A stretch of 64,000 nt of DNA from Eledone cirrhosa (GCA_964016885.1 OZ024742.1:208754001-208818000); one strand, 5' to 3'. Shown: positions 1 to 13,243, counted from the first letter of the stretch. Translations and numbers: made by a program. The notes: generated by a model not told the origin, from the sequence alone.

Positions 1-164
1 ACCTGGGACTCAAGACAACTAACGGGTAACTTCACATTCCCCACAGCTCCTGAACTCCCGAACTGGAACCTTGCCACTGGATGTAGTTTAATGTCATACC
101 CAGGACAATAATATATATATATATATATATGTATGTATATATATGTGTATATATATATATTTGT

Positions 165-440
165 GTCAGGTCACCAGTTGGTGCTACTGGTAACATGTAT
201 CCCAGTACAACCTGTCTCATGGTCGGGACGTTGGCGACTAAACTGGCAACCCCACCAAGGTTTCTTGGTGAGGAGGCTGACTTTGGACATCCTGCAGGAC
301 TAAAAACAAAACCTGTCAAAGGGCAAAGGAGCTCTTAAGAGTCAATGGCCATCCAAAATCACCGGGAGAGATGTCAAGGCAGAATTCTAGGAGAAGGAAA
401 ACTCTGATATAACACCTGCAACCCTGATGGTATCCAATGA
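165..440 (+). mobile_element. Probable RTE-type LINE 5' UTR fragment
   Basis: Non-coding, starts at a (TA)n tract, and contains 'ctaggagaaggaaaactctga', a motif I recall from RTE 5' UTRs. Recognition from memory only. Confidence 0.35.
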
Positions 441-758
441 TGTTGACTTGTTCTTCTTTTTGGTAAATATCATCTTGGTTAAGAGAGTGGGACTGGCTTT
501 GTGCAGTGCCTTTGCTCACTATAAAAGCTTCACGGCACAGGCATTGCTTTATATCTGGAGATCTCTCTGCACTTGTCCTCACATGGTACCATGGGCCCAG
601 CACTATGTGTCAATAATTGTCACAAGTGTAGTGTTTGTACCAGAGTTTTCAAGTCGCTGGCTGGACTAAAAAGTCACACTCGTTCAGCGCATCAGTAGGC
701 GTTCTCCTACATGGATATAAAGTAGTGGCCGTACTCGAAAACGAGTTGGCAGCCACCA

Positions 759-804
<46 letters not shown>

Positions 805-1190
805 TATGTAGGTCTCCCTGCCCTAACCATAACACCCCAGTGAGCAAGCGGTATGAACAAACATATGTGAACCAAATGTACATCACAGACCCTGTTCGAA
901 TAAGCATTAGTGAAGCAACACCCACTAAATAATAAATGTGCATCCCAGACCCAACTTGAACAGGCACTAGTGAAACAACACCCATAATATAAAAATGCAA
1001 AACACCATCATATGAACAGATATAAAAAACCAAGTGGGACTAGATTGTTTGAACACCGGCCAGAGTTACTGCCCCTGCTCAGCGATAATAACAGCACATT
1101 GACGTAGGCGAAGAATGAACTCTGATGTGAATTTAACCGTGAAACCCCTCCTGGGTCGTGTATTGATCATTTTTTTTTTGTTTTCCATGT

Positions 1191-1226
1191 CCTTGATAAG
1201 CTCAATCTGGGCGAAACATACGTAGG
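1191..1226 (+). ncRNA. Minimal type I hammerhead-like motif, U3-A8 core, weak stem I
   Basis: cc-TTGATAA-gctc(aatct)gggc-GAAAC-atac-GTA-gg, near the end of a (TA)n-flanked module (~820-1283). A more decayed motif lies at 1122-1157. Confidence 0.5.
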
Positions 1227-1277
1227 TGAACTGTTATATAAACATGTTTTAACGGTTTTAAACTCCTTATATTCATT

Positions 1278-1335
<58 letters not shown>

Positions 1336-1751
1336 ATAACTATTTTCATTCTTCTGTATGCAGAATTATCGACGTATGAATAAAGTATATGCGCCGCTTA
1401 GTTTTTAACCATGTATATTAATGTCGACCAGCATGTATAATTAAAGATTATATCGCTTCCGAAATGTCTCCCTTGCTTCATTTATATTTGGTTTAATAAA
1501 ATGTACGCATTTAATTTCAGCAAACATCAATATTATCATTCTTTTATTTTCTTCTCTTGTTTTAGAATTCCACATAGAAACCTTACTAGCAATATTATCT
1601 TTAACTAGCCCGTCACTTTACTCATTCTATCTTTTTCTATGTTTATCGCCTTACAATAAACATGTTTATCGTTCCTTAAAGTCTGCTTCTACTTTCTCCT
1701 ACACCTATCCATTTTTCTCTAGTTCTCCCTAAATATACCCAATATAACTGC

Positions 1752-1856
<105 letters not shown>

Positions 1857-1989
1857 ACATGTGTGTGTGTCTGAACATGTGTGTGTGTCTACACATGTGT
1901 GTGTATGTATGTGAGTGTGTGTCTATATTTTATAAAGAATAGGAAAAATATTTAATTATTGGTGTAGGTTATATTTTTCTTAGAAATCA

Positions 1990-2750
1990 GTTTATAATTC
2001 ATTTCATTATTTAGTGGATGCAGTGGTATATGACCATCATATCGGCTTGGTTGATTCTCAGTTTTTAAGATGGTCCATCAATACAAACATGATGTAAGGG
2101 AATTAACACAATGCAGAATTGGGAACAATAAACGGAGTGCTACTTGGCGGTGCTCATTCTTTGGGTCTTATCCAATATATAGACCGTCGATTATCTCTTA
2201 TTGCCGATGAAATGATACCGCTGGTTTTTTCAATAGCTGGAACTTGTTTGTGAGGCATAGCCAAGAATTTCTAGATCCAGTGAAGTATGGATTGGTTTTG
2301 TGGTCTTATGTTTAATGTTTTGGGAACACATTCCGATCCAGTGTCTTTGAATTTCTACTCGAATTACATGAGACGAGAGTGTTCCTTATACATACTGATA
2401 ATACGGGCTTTTTAAAATGAATTCGACATGACTCTCATAGAACTACATTTAATTCTGGCCCGGAATGATTTATATGCTCTTCTTAAATATCACGTTTTAC
2501 ATAAAAATATCCTCTAGTTTAAAAGTTGATTGATTGAAAGGTTATGCTATTTACAAGTGTCCGTGTTCGTATGTGATTACTATTTGTGAAGTGATGGCAT
2601 TTCAAAAAGATTTGCTGATCTTATTAGGGTTGCTGTTGAATAGTTTGTTGTATCTGTAAATTAAAAAGTTGCTTAAATGGAGACAAGAATTATCCTGTCA
2701 TATTGATATCAACATTCATGGTAAATAGGGAATGAAACCGGTCTTCCTTC
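1990..2750 (-). mobile_element. Highly decayed PLE thumb/GIY-YIG remnant
   Basis: Minus-strand peptide traces (EIIDGLYIG; LRRAYKSFRARIKCSS) with many stops. Confidence 0.35.
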
Positions 2751-2834
2751 GGCTTCTTGTTTCTTCAATGATGTCGTTGGATGTGCTTCTGGATTAGTAG
2801 ATCTTCGTTACATTCGCTGTTACAAACTGCATCG

Positions 2835-2892
2835 TTATGATAGATTATATCGTGACGATGCTCTCTTCATAGTATATGACCACAGCACCACT
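2835..2892 (+). mobile_element. Naiad-type PLE RT fragment (LYRDD motif)
   Basis: 'gattatatcgtgacgatgctctcttcatagtatatgaccacagcacca' is nearly identical to 4478-4526. Confidence 0.6.
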
Positions 2893-3099
2893 GTGAAGAT
2901 AAACGAGTATTTTAATTACGTGAATTGCCTGCTTATATTACAACTAACCATCGCGTATAGTAGCTGTATTGCTATCTGCTACCCGTGACCAGTTCTGTAG
3001 CAGAACAGCTAAGCCAAGTATCACAACCCTTATAGGTAAGGAGCATTAACTAATGGAGAGGGTTAAATGCTACCAGCTAGATATAGTTAGGCTGTTAAA

Positions 3100-4165
3100 C
3101 TAATCACCATCTAGTTATCTGCAGCTTCAGACGACATAAAGCCTAAGAATCCCACAAAACTGGCAGGTCCAGGGCATCATACGCGATAAAGGGGGGCGCG
3201 TTTTTGGATAAGAAGTAAGGATCAGGTATGCAGATACTATTGCATCCAGATTCAGAGAACTGCCTGAGCAAATTGAGGATGTTCAGACAGAGTAGAGATT
3301 GTTCAGCTCAGCAGCTTCTGCTTCAGCTGTTAAATACTGCGGGAGAAAGAGACCTGGTGCGGCGTCGGAAGGCATGATGACACCTTGTTTCAAAGGTCAA
3401 AGTTGCCATCTGAGCAAAGAAGGAGGCCTGCAAAGCTTAGGGTGGGAATAAGTCCTCCTTCTTGTATTTGCCGTACAAGCAGATTTGAAGAATTGTAGCA
3501 GAGACAGTAAACGCATTCAAAGCTAATACATGGGAGCACGTTGGTATTACCCCTATAATCTGACTTCAGATAAGCAAATAAAGTGTTCCGGCAGACCATT
3601 CGCCGATTTCGTAATAAAACGTCTTCCTCCTCATCTGCTACCACGAATGCGCCTGGTGTTCTCCTCTCTTCAAAGAGGTGCATTTTGCGAGGTGGAGAGA
3701 ATACTTTGCTGATCTCTTGAAACCCAATCACAACAGCATCTTCAGATGTACACGATGTGCATCTGCGAGTGTTGACTATCCTCTCTGAGGCTGAGGTCAC
3801 AAGAGGAGTTAAAGAGCCCAAGTGTGGCAAGGCTGCTGGTGATGAAATCTGGTGGTGATGAAATCCGGCCGGAGATATTAAATTCCTTAAATATAGAAGG
3901 TATTCTCTGACTGACTCTTGTGTGCCGGGTGGCCTGGATCTCTGGAAAGGCACCTAAGCAATGGCAATCGGGAGTGATAATCCAAATTTTCGAAATGGGA
4001 GACAAGAGAAATTGTTCCAATTACAGAGGGATCTCTTTGTTAAGCATCCCCGGTAACGTTTATGCTACCGCTCTGGCAAAGAGATGCAGGGAGTTTTTTA
4101 TGAATAATGCAGTTTTTGTCCTCGGTGCAGGATTGAACGCGATTCTCGTGGCTGTGCAGAACATT
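3100..4165 (+). mobile_element. Decayed RTE-clade LINE fragment (start of RT)
   Basis: KQWQSGVIIQIFEMGDKRNCSNYRGISLLSIPGNVYA; near-identical DNA at 51600-51740. Confidence 0.8.
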
Positions 4166-4195
4166 GCATATATCTATCTCTCTCTCTCTCTCACC

Positions 4196-4263
<68 letters not shown>

Positions 4264-4269
<6 letters not shown>

Positions 4270-5875
4270 AATACGGACCTAACCCGAGAGGATGCGAGCA
4301 TCATCCACGCCGCAAGAAAGACCTTAATCCGTTTCGAAGGAGACCTTTGGACCAGGAGGGATTGGCCAAATAACTTTGATATCACGATGGGCTCCAGTGC
4401 CTCAGCACAGGTAACGGACCTGGTTGGGCTCTTCCTGCTGAAGCAGATACAAGATGAAATCCCCTGCCTGGGCGGCGGATTATATCGTGACGATGATCTC
4501 TTCACAGTATATGACCACAGCACCACAAGGGTTGGAGGCGTATTCGTCATTTCTTAAAGAACCAGGGGCTCAGTATCTAACTAAACCCAAATAGAAAGGT
4601 AGTTAACTTCCTAAACACCACCTAAACCTGAACACAGAGCAATACTACCCCTCCCACAAGCCCAACGAGAAACTTGTGTATGTTAACGCCAAGTCAAACC
4701 ACCCTAGATCCATAACCAAGGCCGTGGTGAAGAGTGTATCGGACAGGATCTCCAGCCTGTCCGCAAATAAGGAAATATTTGATAACAACGCGGAATATTA
4801 CAAGGCAGCTCTAAATAAGGCGGCACATGGCCAAAATATAACATATAGTCCGAAACGCCGAGATGGGGATGGCCCAACGGACACCACACCCGCGTTGTCC
4901 GGGAGGAAGCGAACCCTTACAATACAGGCAGAAAAGAAACAAATAAGCACCCTGAGCCCGACACCACCACACGGGCTATGGTGACGAGTACCCTTAACCA
5001 TGAGATGAAACCCAATATGGGTAACAGTCTCAGCGGTGATGATAACCACGCCGGGCTCGACAACCCCAACCGCAGGACAAGTGGGGGGGGGCAACGGGGG
5101 ACCACCCCTCAGTGGATCTCCCAGCGCGGGCAACGACCACCCCACAGATTCGCAAAACAAATAGCAAAACGCAGAGCGCCCAAAAGGGAAGCAACAATGC
5201 GGGAACCACCAGCAACCCAACACTACCAAATTAGGGGTAGAGGTCAGATGTACTTAACAATAGCAAAAAACAAACACTACAGGGAACCTCACCACAGAAA
5301 GAATTTCTATAGACTTTTAACTGAGGAATGCTCTCAAAACTGACCAATGGAAGGAGTGAACTTACAAATTTTTATAACCTTGAGATTGGGTATAACGCAA
5401 ACACATTTTATTTGATTTTTTTTTGTTTCTTTACCACCTTATTCCTTCTACCACTTTATCATTTTTTGAGCTGACTCTATCACCAACACTACAACCAACA
5501 TAAGAGTAGAGGTCAGGTGTACTTAACAATAACAAGAACAACCACTACAGATTGCCTTGCCTCAGAATGAATTTATATAGACTTTTGACTGAGGAATGTC
5601 CTTACAAATGACCAATGAGAGGAGATGTCCTTTGCCGCTGAAATTCGTTTGTTTAAATTCATATGATTCCAGTTCCTCAATGAAACAACAACCCAACCAG
5701 GAACTGGGCATATCAGAGTATTGACAAAGTTAAACACGTCAACAACATGTGTACTCGTCTTTACCACACTAATTCGGACTGCCTGAAGAGGTCACAGCCA
5801 AAGATGGCTGTCACCGAAATATATATAGCAGTAATAAACGAAGCCAAATTTTAAACACTTGACTTATTTATTTTA
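4264..5875 (+). mobile_element. Decayed Naiad-type Penelope-like element with 3' HHR
   Basis: FDITMGSSASAQVTDLVGLFLL...GGGLYRDDDL and thumb YVNAKSNHPRSITK...ISSLS. Frameshifted, (TA)n on both sides, HHR at 5778-5832. Confidence 0.85.
5778..5832 (+). ncRNA. Type I hammerhead ribozyme, canonical core
   Basis: actgc-CTGAAGA-ggtcacagcca(aaga)tggctgtcacc-GAAA-tatata-TA-gcagt: 5-bp stem I, long stem II, palindromic stem III. Confidence 0.85.
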
Positions 5876-5924
5876 TTTTATTTTATATATATATATATCC
5901 AGTTTGACATATATATATATATCC

Positions 5925-8557
5925 AGTTTGACACAGAGAGCTACTATGCTGCAATCACCTTACCGCTACTTACGGCTGCCTTGGACTTCGCCGAAGCACT
6001 TGTGCCCATCACCAACCAGGAAAGAAACATCATCCTCCATGCCAGGAAGACAGTCTTACTCTTTGACAACTCCAAATGGATAAAAAGAGCTCCCGACTCA
6101 CCCTTCGACGTCAGCATGGGCGCGACGGATTCGGCGGAGGTCACAGATCTTATAGGATTATTCCGAATAGCCAAACTCACCGATATGTTTCCTGCATTCG
6201 GTGGTGGATTGTACCGTGGTGATGGGCTCCTTACCCTTAAAGGGTCCGTAAACGATTAATCAGCTTCTTCCGCGACTGGGGATTTTAAATAACCCTACAA
6301 ACGTCCCTGACCCGAGTAAACTTCCTGGACGTTACCGTCGACCTCGATAATGACCTGTACTACCCATACAGGAAACCTAATGACAACCTGCACTACATCC
6401 ACCGCCGATCAAACCATCCTAGGAACATCACCAACAACCTGGTCAAAAACATCTCTTTCTGCATATCCCGTCTGTCAGCTAATGAGCAGATATGCGATGA
6501 ACATGCGCCTTATTACAACCAGGCCCTCAAGCTGAGTGGTTTCCGGGAGGAAATATCCTACTGTCCAGCTCCCATTAGCGGACCCAGCAGGCGACACCGC
6601 CGCTCACGCAATGTAACATGGTTCAATCCTCCCCACAACGCCGAGGTGACAACTCCCATCGGGAAAATATTCTTTAGGCTCATTGAAAAACACTTCCCAC
6701 TACAACACCGCTACCACAACATAATTAACAAAAATACCATCAAACTCTCTTACAGCACTACACCTAACTTCGCACAAAACATCGTCTCCTCCAAGAACAA
6801 AAAACTCAACCCCGATAAAAGAAATAACCTAAATTGCAGTGGACAGCCAACCAGGGGGTGCAACTGTCCTGATGGATCGATTTCCCCCCTCGACAACAGA
6901 TGCAGAGATCGTAATGTGATCTACCAGTGCAACGTGAGGACGGACACCTCCAACAAAGCTTATATAGGATTAACCGCATGTGACTTCAAGACCCGGCTAT
7001 ACCAACACAGACATACCTTCCGAAACCCGGCCCGGCGTCACGCCACTACACTTTCGGGCCACATATGGGACCTCAAGGATAACAACATTACCTATGTCTC
7101 ACTTGGTGATTACTGTCCAGAGCCAACTCTTACACGGGAGGACGCCGTCCGTGCAATTTATGCTCGGAGGAAACTTTACAAATGCTGTTTTCGACGGACC
7201 AACTCCTAAACAAGAAAGATGAACTGGTTCCTGCATGTAAACACAGATTGCGTAGGACTTACCTCGCCCTCAAACCCCATAATGACCCGGGGGGGGGGGG
7301 AAGACTAGGGCTATAACACCCCACTTGCCGATTTTGTATCGGGTAACCCTTGCTTGCTAAGGGAGCCGTAAGATCTTCTTTTATATTCTTTTATCGCTTC
7401 CTCTATATTTCCTTCTTCCCCCCATCCCTCCCTAGTCCTTCCACCCCAGTTCTTTTCCTTTGTCGTCGTCTTTTTCTCGCCCACCCGAGGCAGCCCCTCG
7501 GTCCTTTTTAGCCTCAATAACCCCACCCCTTCCCCTATTCTATGATAGATTTCGCCGACTCCGCTTTTTATAGCAGATGCGTTAGACCCCGGATACTTGC
7601 CCCCCCCCTATCCGACCGCTACACCTTTTTTCCGTACCTTCTATATTTCTCAGTGGCATCTTTGCTTTATTTTCTCGTTTATCAGTATTTATTCATTTTT
7701 TTTTTGGGGGGGGGGATTCTGAATTAATTTTCCGTATTTTACTTTTACTTTGTACGAACTTTCATGTAGCTTGTATAAGAACTTTTGTATCTTGGCGGTA
7801 CCCTTAGAGTTAGTAATAGTATTTTTTTTCGGGACTCTGAATTATTTTTTCGTACTAGTTTACTTTTTTGCACTGGGTAGTTGCTGGCCTTGTGCCTGGG
7901 GTAGAAACTTTTTTAATTATTTCGTGGTAGTTTCTTTAGTATTTTGGCCCCTCCTTTGTTGACCCGTCACCGTATGATATACGTACTTATACCTCTTAAA
8001 AGGGTCTCTTTTTTATTCCGTCCCACCTAGTTTATATTTATTTATTTATTTATTTACTTATTTATTTATTTATTTATTTATTTAATTACTTATTTAGCCT
8101 AGCAATAGCGATAGACTTAGGTCGTTGTCACCAGTAATTGTTTATTTTTTTTTTTACATTTATTCGCTTTTTAACACTCTCAGTATTTTCTTTATATTTT
8201 TACCCTACATTGTTCTACCCACCATTTCGACTTCCTCCCCCTCCCCCTCCCTAGTATCTTCTCTAACCTCACACCCAGCTGTAGCCGGCACTACCAACGC
8301 ATGAATGGCTCTACTCCACCCCCTCTCCCCCTTTCTCCTACTGGCAGGTTTAGTACCCCTTCCCCCCACTAATTTGCCATCATAAAATTATTATGTCTCA
8401 ACTACTAACTATGACCAATCCCTGTGACAAACACTTTGACCATATATGGAATTACCCCTTGAGAAGCTCGGCTATTCAAATACCAGGATAAATTTTCATT
8501 TAGTCCAGAATTAGGCGTCGAAACGGCTTGAGCTCAGCCGTCGGGGTCTTACTCGTT

Positions 8558-8560
<3 letters not shown>
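5925..8560 (+). mobile_element. 5'-truncated Naiad-type PLE (RT, thumb, Cys linker, GIY-YIG, long 3' UTR/pLTR)
   Basis: FDVSMGATDSAEVTDLIG, GLYRGDGL, WFNPP...IGKIFF.LIEKHFP...NTIKLSYS, CNC...C...VIYQC...YIGLT..FKTR..QH. Frameshifts are present; ends at (TA)n. Confidence 0.92.
8454..8547 (+). ncRNA. Type I hammerhead ribozyme, U3-A8 core, in Naiad pLTR
   Basis: acccc-TTGAGAA-[stem II with large loop]-GAAAC-ggct(tgagctc)agcc-GTC-ggggt. Confidence 0.8.
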
Positions 8561-8634
<74 letters not shown>

Positions 8635-8671
8635 GTATTTAAAGGAATAGAGGTATAACACACGAGTTATG

Positions 8672-9053
8672 ATATATTGATAAAAGGAAAAGAAAATGGT
8701 GACAAATTGTTCCCTGTGAAAAATAGTTTAATTAGGAATAAGTAAAAATTATTAATAGTATTGGTTAGTATTCAGTTTTGGTTTTAAGTGTTACCGGTTG
8801 CGCATTTCTAATCCTTTTCAAAAATAATTTTGAGATAGAGCGCTGTGCTGTTTGCTCTGATCTGTGATTGATTAAAGTAAACATCACGGGCGCTCTATCT
8901 CAAAGTTATTTTTGAAAAGCATTAGAAATGCGCAACCCGTAAAACTTAAAACCAAAACTGAATACTAACCAATACTATTACTAATTTTTACTTATTCCTA
9001 ATTAAACTATTTTTCACTGGGAACAATTTGTCAGCATTTTCTTTTCCTTTTAC

Positions 9054-9061
<8 letters not shown>
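8672..9061. repeat. Fold-back: ~170-bp inverted arms with decayed HHR in each arm
   Basis: Arms ~8672-8843 and ~8890-9061 are reverse complements. Motif ttt-TTGAAAA-gcatt..aatgc-GCAAC-c(c/g)-GTA-a at 8909-8945. Confidence 0.85.
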
Positions 9062-9086
<25 letters not shown>

Positions 9087-9180
9087 AATATATACATACA
9101 TATATATATATAAAATATATATATACATACATGCATATATATATATAATATATATATATATATGTGTGTATGTATGTATA

Positions 9181-9247
<67 letters not shown>

Positions 9248-9269
9248 ATATATATATATATATATGAAA

Positions 9270-11844
9270 ACAAAGAGAAAAAGACGATTATTAGGAAGAA
9301 AATATATTGTTTTCCCTTTTATTTTTTCTCTCTTTTGTCTGGGTTAGAAAATGATTAAAACGAAATATTTTACTTTGTGTGAAGTGTTAAGGTATTAGTT
9401 GATTCATTTATTAATTAACAATGGCATTTATCTATATATTTATATATTTAATAATTGTCTATTACCGGTTTCAGCATTTTTATGCATTATCAAATGATAA
9501 TAATATGTATTGGTGTAGAGTGGTGGTGTTGGATATGTTAAAGAAAAGGTGCAGAAAGAATAATGTTATTTACAAACAAGGTTTATGAAGTGAAAAGAAA
9601 AGAGAAAAAAGGGGCGTAATGTGGAGCATAATAAGGCGATGTGAAAGAAACAATAATGTTATTTGCAGGCATAGTTCTTAAAGATAAGCAGATCAAAATG
9701 TTTTAATCTAGCAAGAGTGCTTAGTTGATCCATGATGGTGGCAAATGTTGGACTGGGGTTTGATATGATTTGCCTTTTTAGTGAGTTAATATGCATTGGG
9801 AGGTAATTCATGCTGGATGATATTTAATTTATTTAAGAAAAAGGATTAGGTAGGGTGTAAGTGAGGTAACTCTTTAGAGAAACATGGGTATTTGTAAATG
9901 TTTGATTGTTCGTTCCAGTTTTAGTTTAGTCCGAAGTTTAGTGCATTAAATAGAGGTTGGAATTTGTTAATGAAATACGTTTTCTTATTGGTACGATGGA
10001 TGAAAGTAGCGTTGTCTATGAATTTGTAAAGGGGGAAATGTTAAAGTTTGGATGTTGGTTGGGTGCACAATTGGCAATAAGTTTGCTAAACGCAATCTTT
10101 CTGTATTCCTATATTTTGAATTGTGATTTATGGACGGTAATACGTTGTCGGAGGCTGTATTTTTTCTGTCCTATGTAGCGCTCTTGACAACCAGAGCAGG
10201 TCAAAACATAGGTTTTCAGATGCACATGTAAAGTTGTGTTTAACTGTGAAATGTCCTTGTTTAAAATGGAATGTTGAACCTACTACTAGATTTATGCATA
10301 TGCCACAGTTGGGCCTTCCGCATTTTGTTACTGTAGGGTTCATTGTGAGTGTTTGTTCGATTTTGGCTTGTGTGAGGATGTTTATTATAGATTTAGGTTG
10401 TCTTTTGCTCTTTATGATGTTGTGTGTTGGGAGGATTTTGTTCATTCTTGGGTCTTTTTTTAGTAAAGGAATGTTCTGGAGGAAGGTGTCGAATGCCTCA
10501 TTGTTGAGTGGGTTGTGTGTGGAAAGGTATGGTAGAGTTTTCTGTTGCCGTTCATTCCTGGGTTTGGGGTGTCTGAGTTCCTGGATGTCAAGTTTTAGGG
10601 CACGTTGGAATCCATTGTTGATTAGGGATGGTGGGTAATTTCTGCTGATAAGTGGGTTTTTTAATTCTTCTAGTCGTGTGTAGCGAGAAGGAACTATTGT
10701 GCAGTTCCTTCTCGCTAGGTTATAAGGAATTGCCATTTTGGTGTGTCTAGGGTGGCACTAGTTGAATGGAAGGTATTGTTTGGAGTCTGTGGGTTTGTAA
10801 TATATGTCTGTTTCTATTTTGTTGTTTGTTTTCTTGATGAGGATGTCGAGGAAAGGGAGTTGTTCATGGCTGTAATCCATTGTGAATTGTAAGTTTGTGT
10901 TGTGTCCATTCAGAAGGGTTTTAAACTCAATCAGTCTATCTATACTTTCATGCCAGAGGATGAAGCAGTCGTCCAGATATCTCTTCCAGTTCTTTTCTGT
11001 GTGTTGGTAGAAGTGGTTGCCGTATTTCTCAAGAACTTTGCGGTGGAGAATGGTTTCTAAATATCCCATGACAAGGTTGGCGTATGAGGGGGTACTTTGG
11101 TGCCCATGGCAGTCCCTGATTTCGGTATGTTGTATTTGGCATTGAATTCGAAGAAATTGTTTTCCAATATGAATTTGAGTCCCTTCACAAATTCTTTAGG
11201 GATGCGCTCTGGGAGTTCACTATGGAAATTTTAAAGCCTGAATTGTATTGCCTCTATACCTAGGTTCTGTGGGATATTGGAATATAAATTGATGACGTCA
11301 AAGGTTACTAGTAGGGTATGTTCATTATTGAGTGTTGTTGGGAGGTGGTTGAGCATGTCAAGGTCGTCCCTTATGAAGCTTTTTATGTGTTTTAGGAAAG
11401 GTTTAAGCAGAATATCTAGGAAGTTGCTTAGGCGGTGGGTTTCACTTGTTCGTACCTGCTATTATGGGTCTTAATTTAAGGTCATCAGGAGGAGCTATAT
11501 TGATGTAAATGCCCGTGGCTTGCTTGCAGGCCCTACCTATTACTTCGCTTTTGTATGTCTTTGGGATACCGTAGAAGAGGCTGGTTGTGCTTTTGAAATT
11601 GCTGATGTAATTGTATTCTTTGTCTGTAAGGCCTTCTTTGTAAGGGTTGTTGGGGATTTTAGGTTTCTCATTATTTTCTGTTGTGTGTAGTGTTGGGCCT
11701 TTTCATAATATGTTTGGTTTTCTAGAGGTGAGAGTACTTATCTGTAAGTATTTATCTGAAATTATTGTGCAGATCCTTCTGGCTAGGTTATAAGGAATTG
11801 CCATTTTGGTGTGTATAGGATGGCACGAGTCGAATGGAAGGTAT

Positions 11845-11850
<6 letters not shown>
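9270..11850 (-). mobile_element. Decayed Neptune-type PLE (RT, Cys linker, GIY-YIG, 3' HHR)
   Basis: [63 protein letters not shown]. Frameshifted. Confidence 0.9.
9459..9496 (-). ncRNA. Minimal type I HHR, U3-A8 core, at the 3' end of the Neptune PLE
   Basis: Reverse complement: at-TTGATAA-tgcat(aaaa)atgct-GAAAC-CG-GTA-at. Palindromic ACCGGT stem III; stem I is weak. Confidence 0.6.
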
Positions 11851-11879
<29 letters not shown>

Positions 11880-11924
11880 CGTTTCTGAATTTGTTTAGCA
11901 ACATGACCCTCCCACAGTATAACA

Positions 11925-11962
<38 letters not shown>

Positions 11963-12314
11963 GTATATATTTATATATGTATGTGTGTATATGTGTCTAT
12001 GTATATATATGTGTATACATATATACATATGTATATGTATGTGTATAGGTGTGTGTATATATATGTGTGTGTTCATATATATATATGTACATATATATAT
12101 ATGTACATATATATAAATATGTACATATATATATGAACATATGTATATATATGTATATATGTATATATGTATATATGTATATATGTATATATGTGTATAT
12201 ATGTGTATATATATGTATATATATGTATATATATATGTATATATGTATATATGTATATATATGTATATATATGTATATATGTATATATGTATGTATATGC
12301 ACACGCATATATGT

Positions 12315-12384
<70 letters not shown>

Positions 12385-12457
12385 GTAGGTCCCGGGTTGA
12401 GTCGGGGATAACCACAGTAAGTAAGGTACTCAATACATGGCAGAGTAAAATTTTTTT

Positions 12458-12584
12458 ATTTTATAGAAGGAGCTTCTACATGACTAGTACTGTTTCATTC
12501 AGATGAAATCTTCAGATGAATGCTTCCTGAAGATTTCATCTGAATGAAACAGTACTAGTCCTGTAGAAGCTCCTTCTATAAAAT
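12458..12584. repeat. Fold-back of ~58-bp arms, each with an HHR motif
   Basis: Minus arm: cat-CTGAAGA-tttca(tc)tgaat-GAAAC-agtacta-GTC-atg. The plus arm has the same core. Confidence 0.75.
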
Positions 12585-12591
12585 ATAATTA

Positions 12592-12745
<154 letters not shown>

Positions 12746-12764
12746 TATATCTATATATCTTAGT

Positions 12765-13242
12765 CGTAGATTTTTCCGCGCCGTTCGGCGCATCGATCAG
12801 TATGTACTCGCCAACGGTCACGATCAGCGGCAACTTTTTAGTGACCGTGCCAGGTGATGTTGGCGGCCATCATGTCCTTCCGGAACGTTCGTCGCCAGGT
12901 GATCCTTCGGCAACCCCGCCTCCGTATACCGCTAGGCGGTGTCTAGTTCGTCGCTGTTTTCGAATGACGTTCATTTGGCAGATGCAGAATATAGCCAGCC
13001 AGACGGCACCAACGCCCCGTGACCACTCTCTGTAGCGTTGTAGACTCGGCTCTCCACAGCATCTCTTCGTTTCGCACTCGCTCGCGCCAGGACACACGAA
13101 AGATCTTTCGCAGGCACCGCTGGTGGAAAGCGTTCAGCCGTCTCTCAATGTTTGCCGTACTCTTCCAGGTTTCGCTCGCATAATGCACTGTCGACAGCAC
13201 GATGCTCTTGTACAGGCGGAGCTTGGTCTTGGTGCTAATGCA

Positions 13243-13243
<1 letters not shown>
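12765..13243 (-). mobile_element. RTE LINE 3' fragment
   Basis: STVHYASETW...RLNAFHQRCLRKIFRVSW..RVRNEE...[13 protein letters not shown]. Confidence 0.85.

Noticed and set aside
170-250. HDV-like ribozyme in the RTE-like 5' UTR (acc-tgtctcat-ggt...gactaa-actgg)
   Set aside because: No P1 partner could be found; upstream sequence is truncated by a microsatellite.
6646-7260. Selenocysteine recoding, reported for some Naiad PLEs
   Set aside because: I saw no in-frame TGA at the Cys positions of the linker or endonuclease, and no SECIS I could support.
11783-12506. Long YI/HT/CV-rich ORFs here and in many other places
   Set aside because: Translations of (TA)n, (CA)n and (TG)n microsatellites, not genes.
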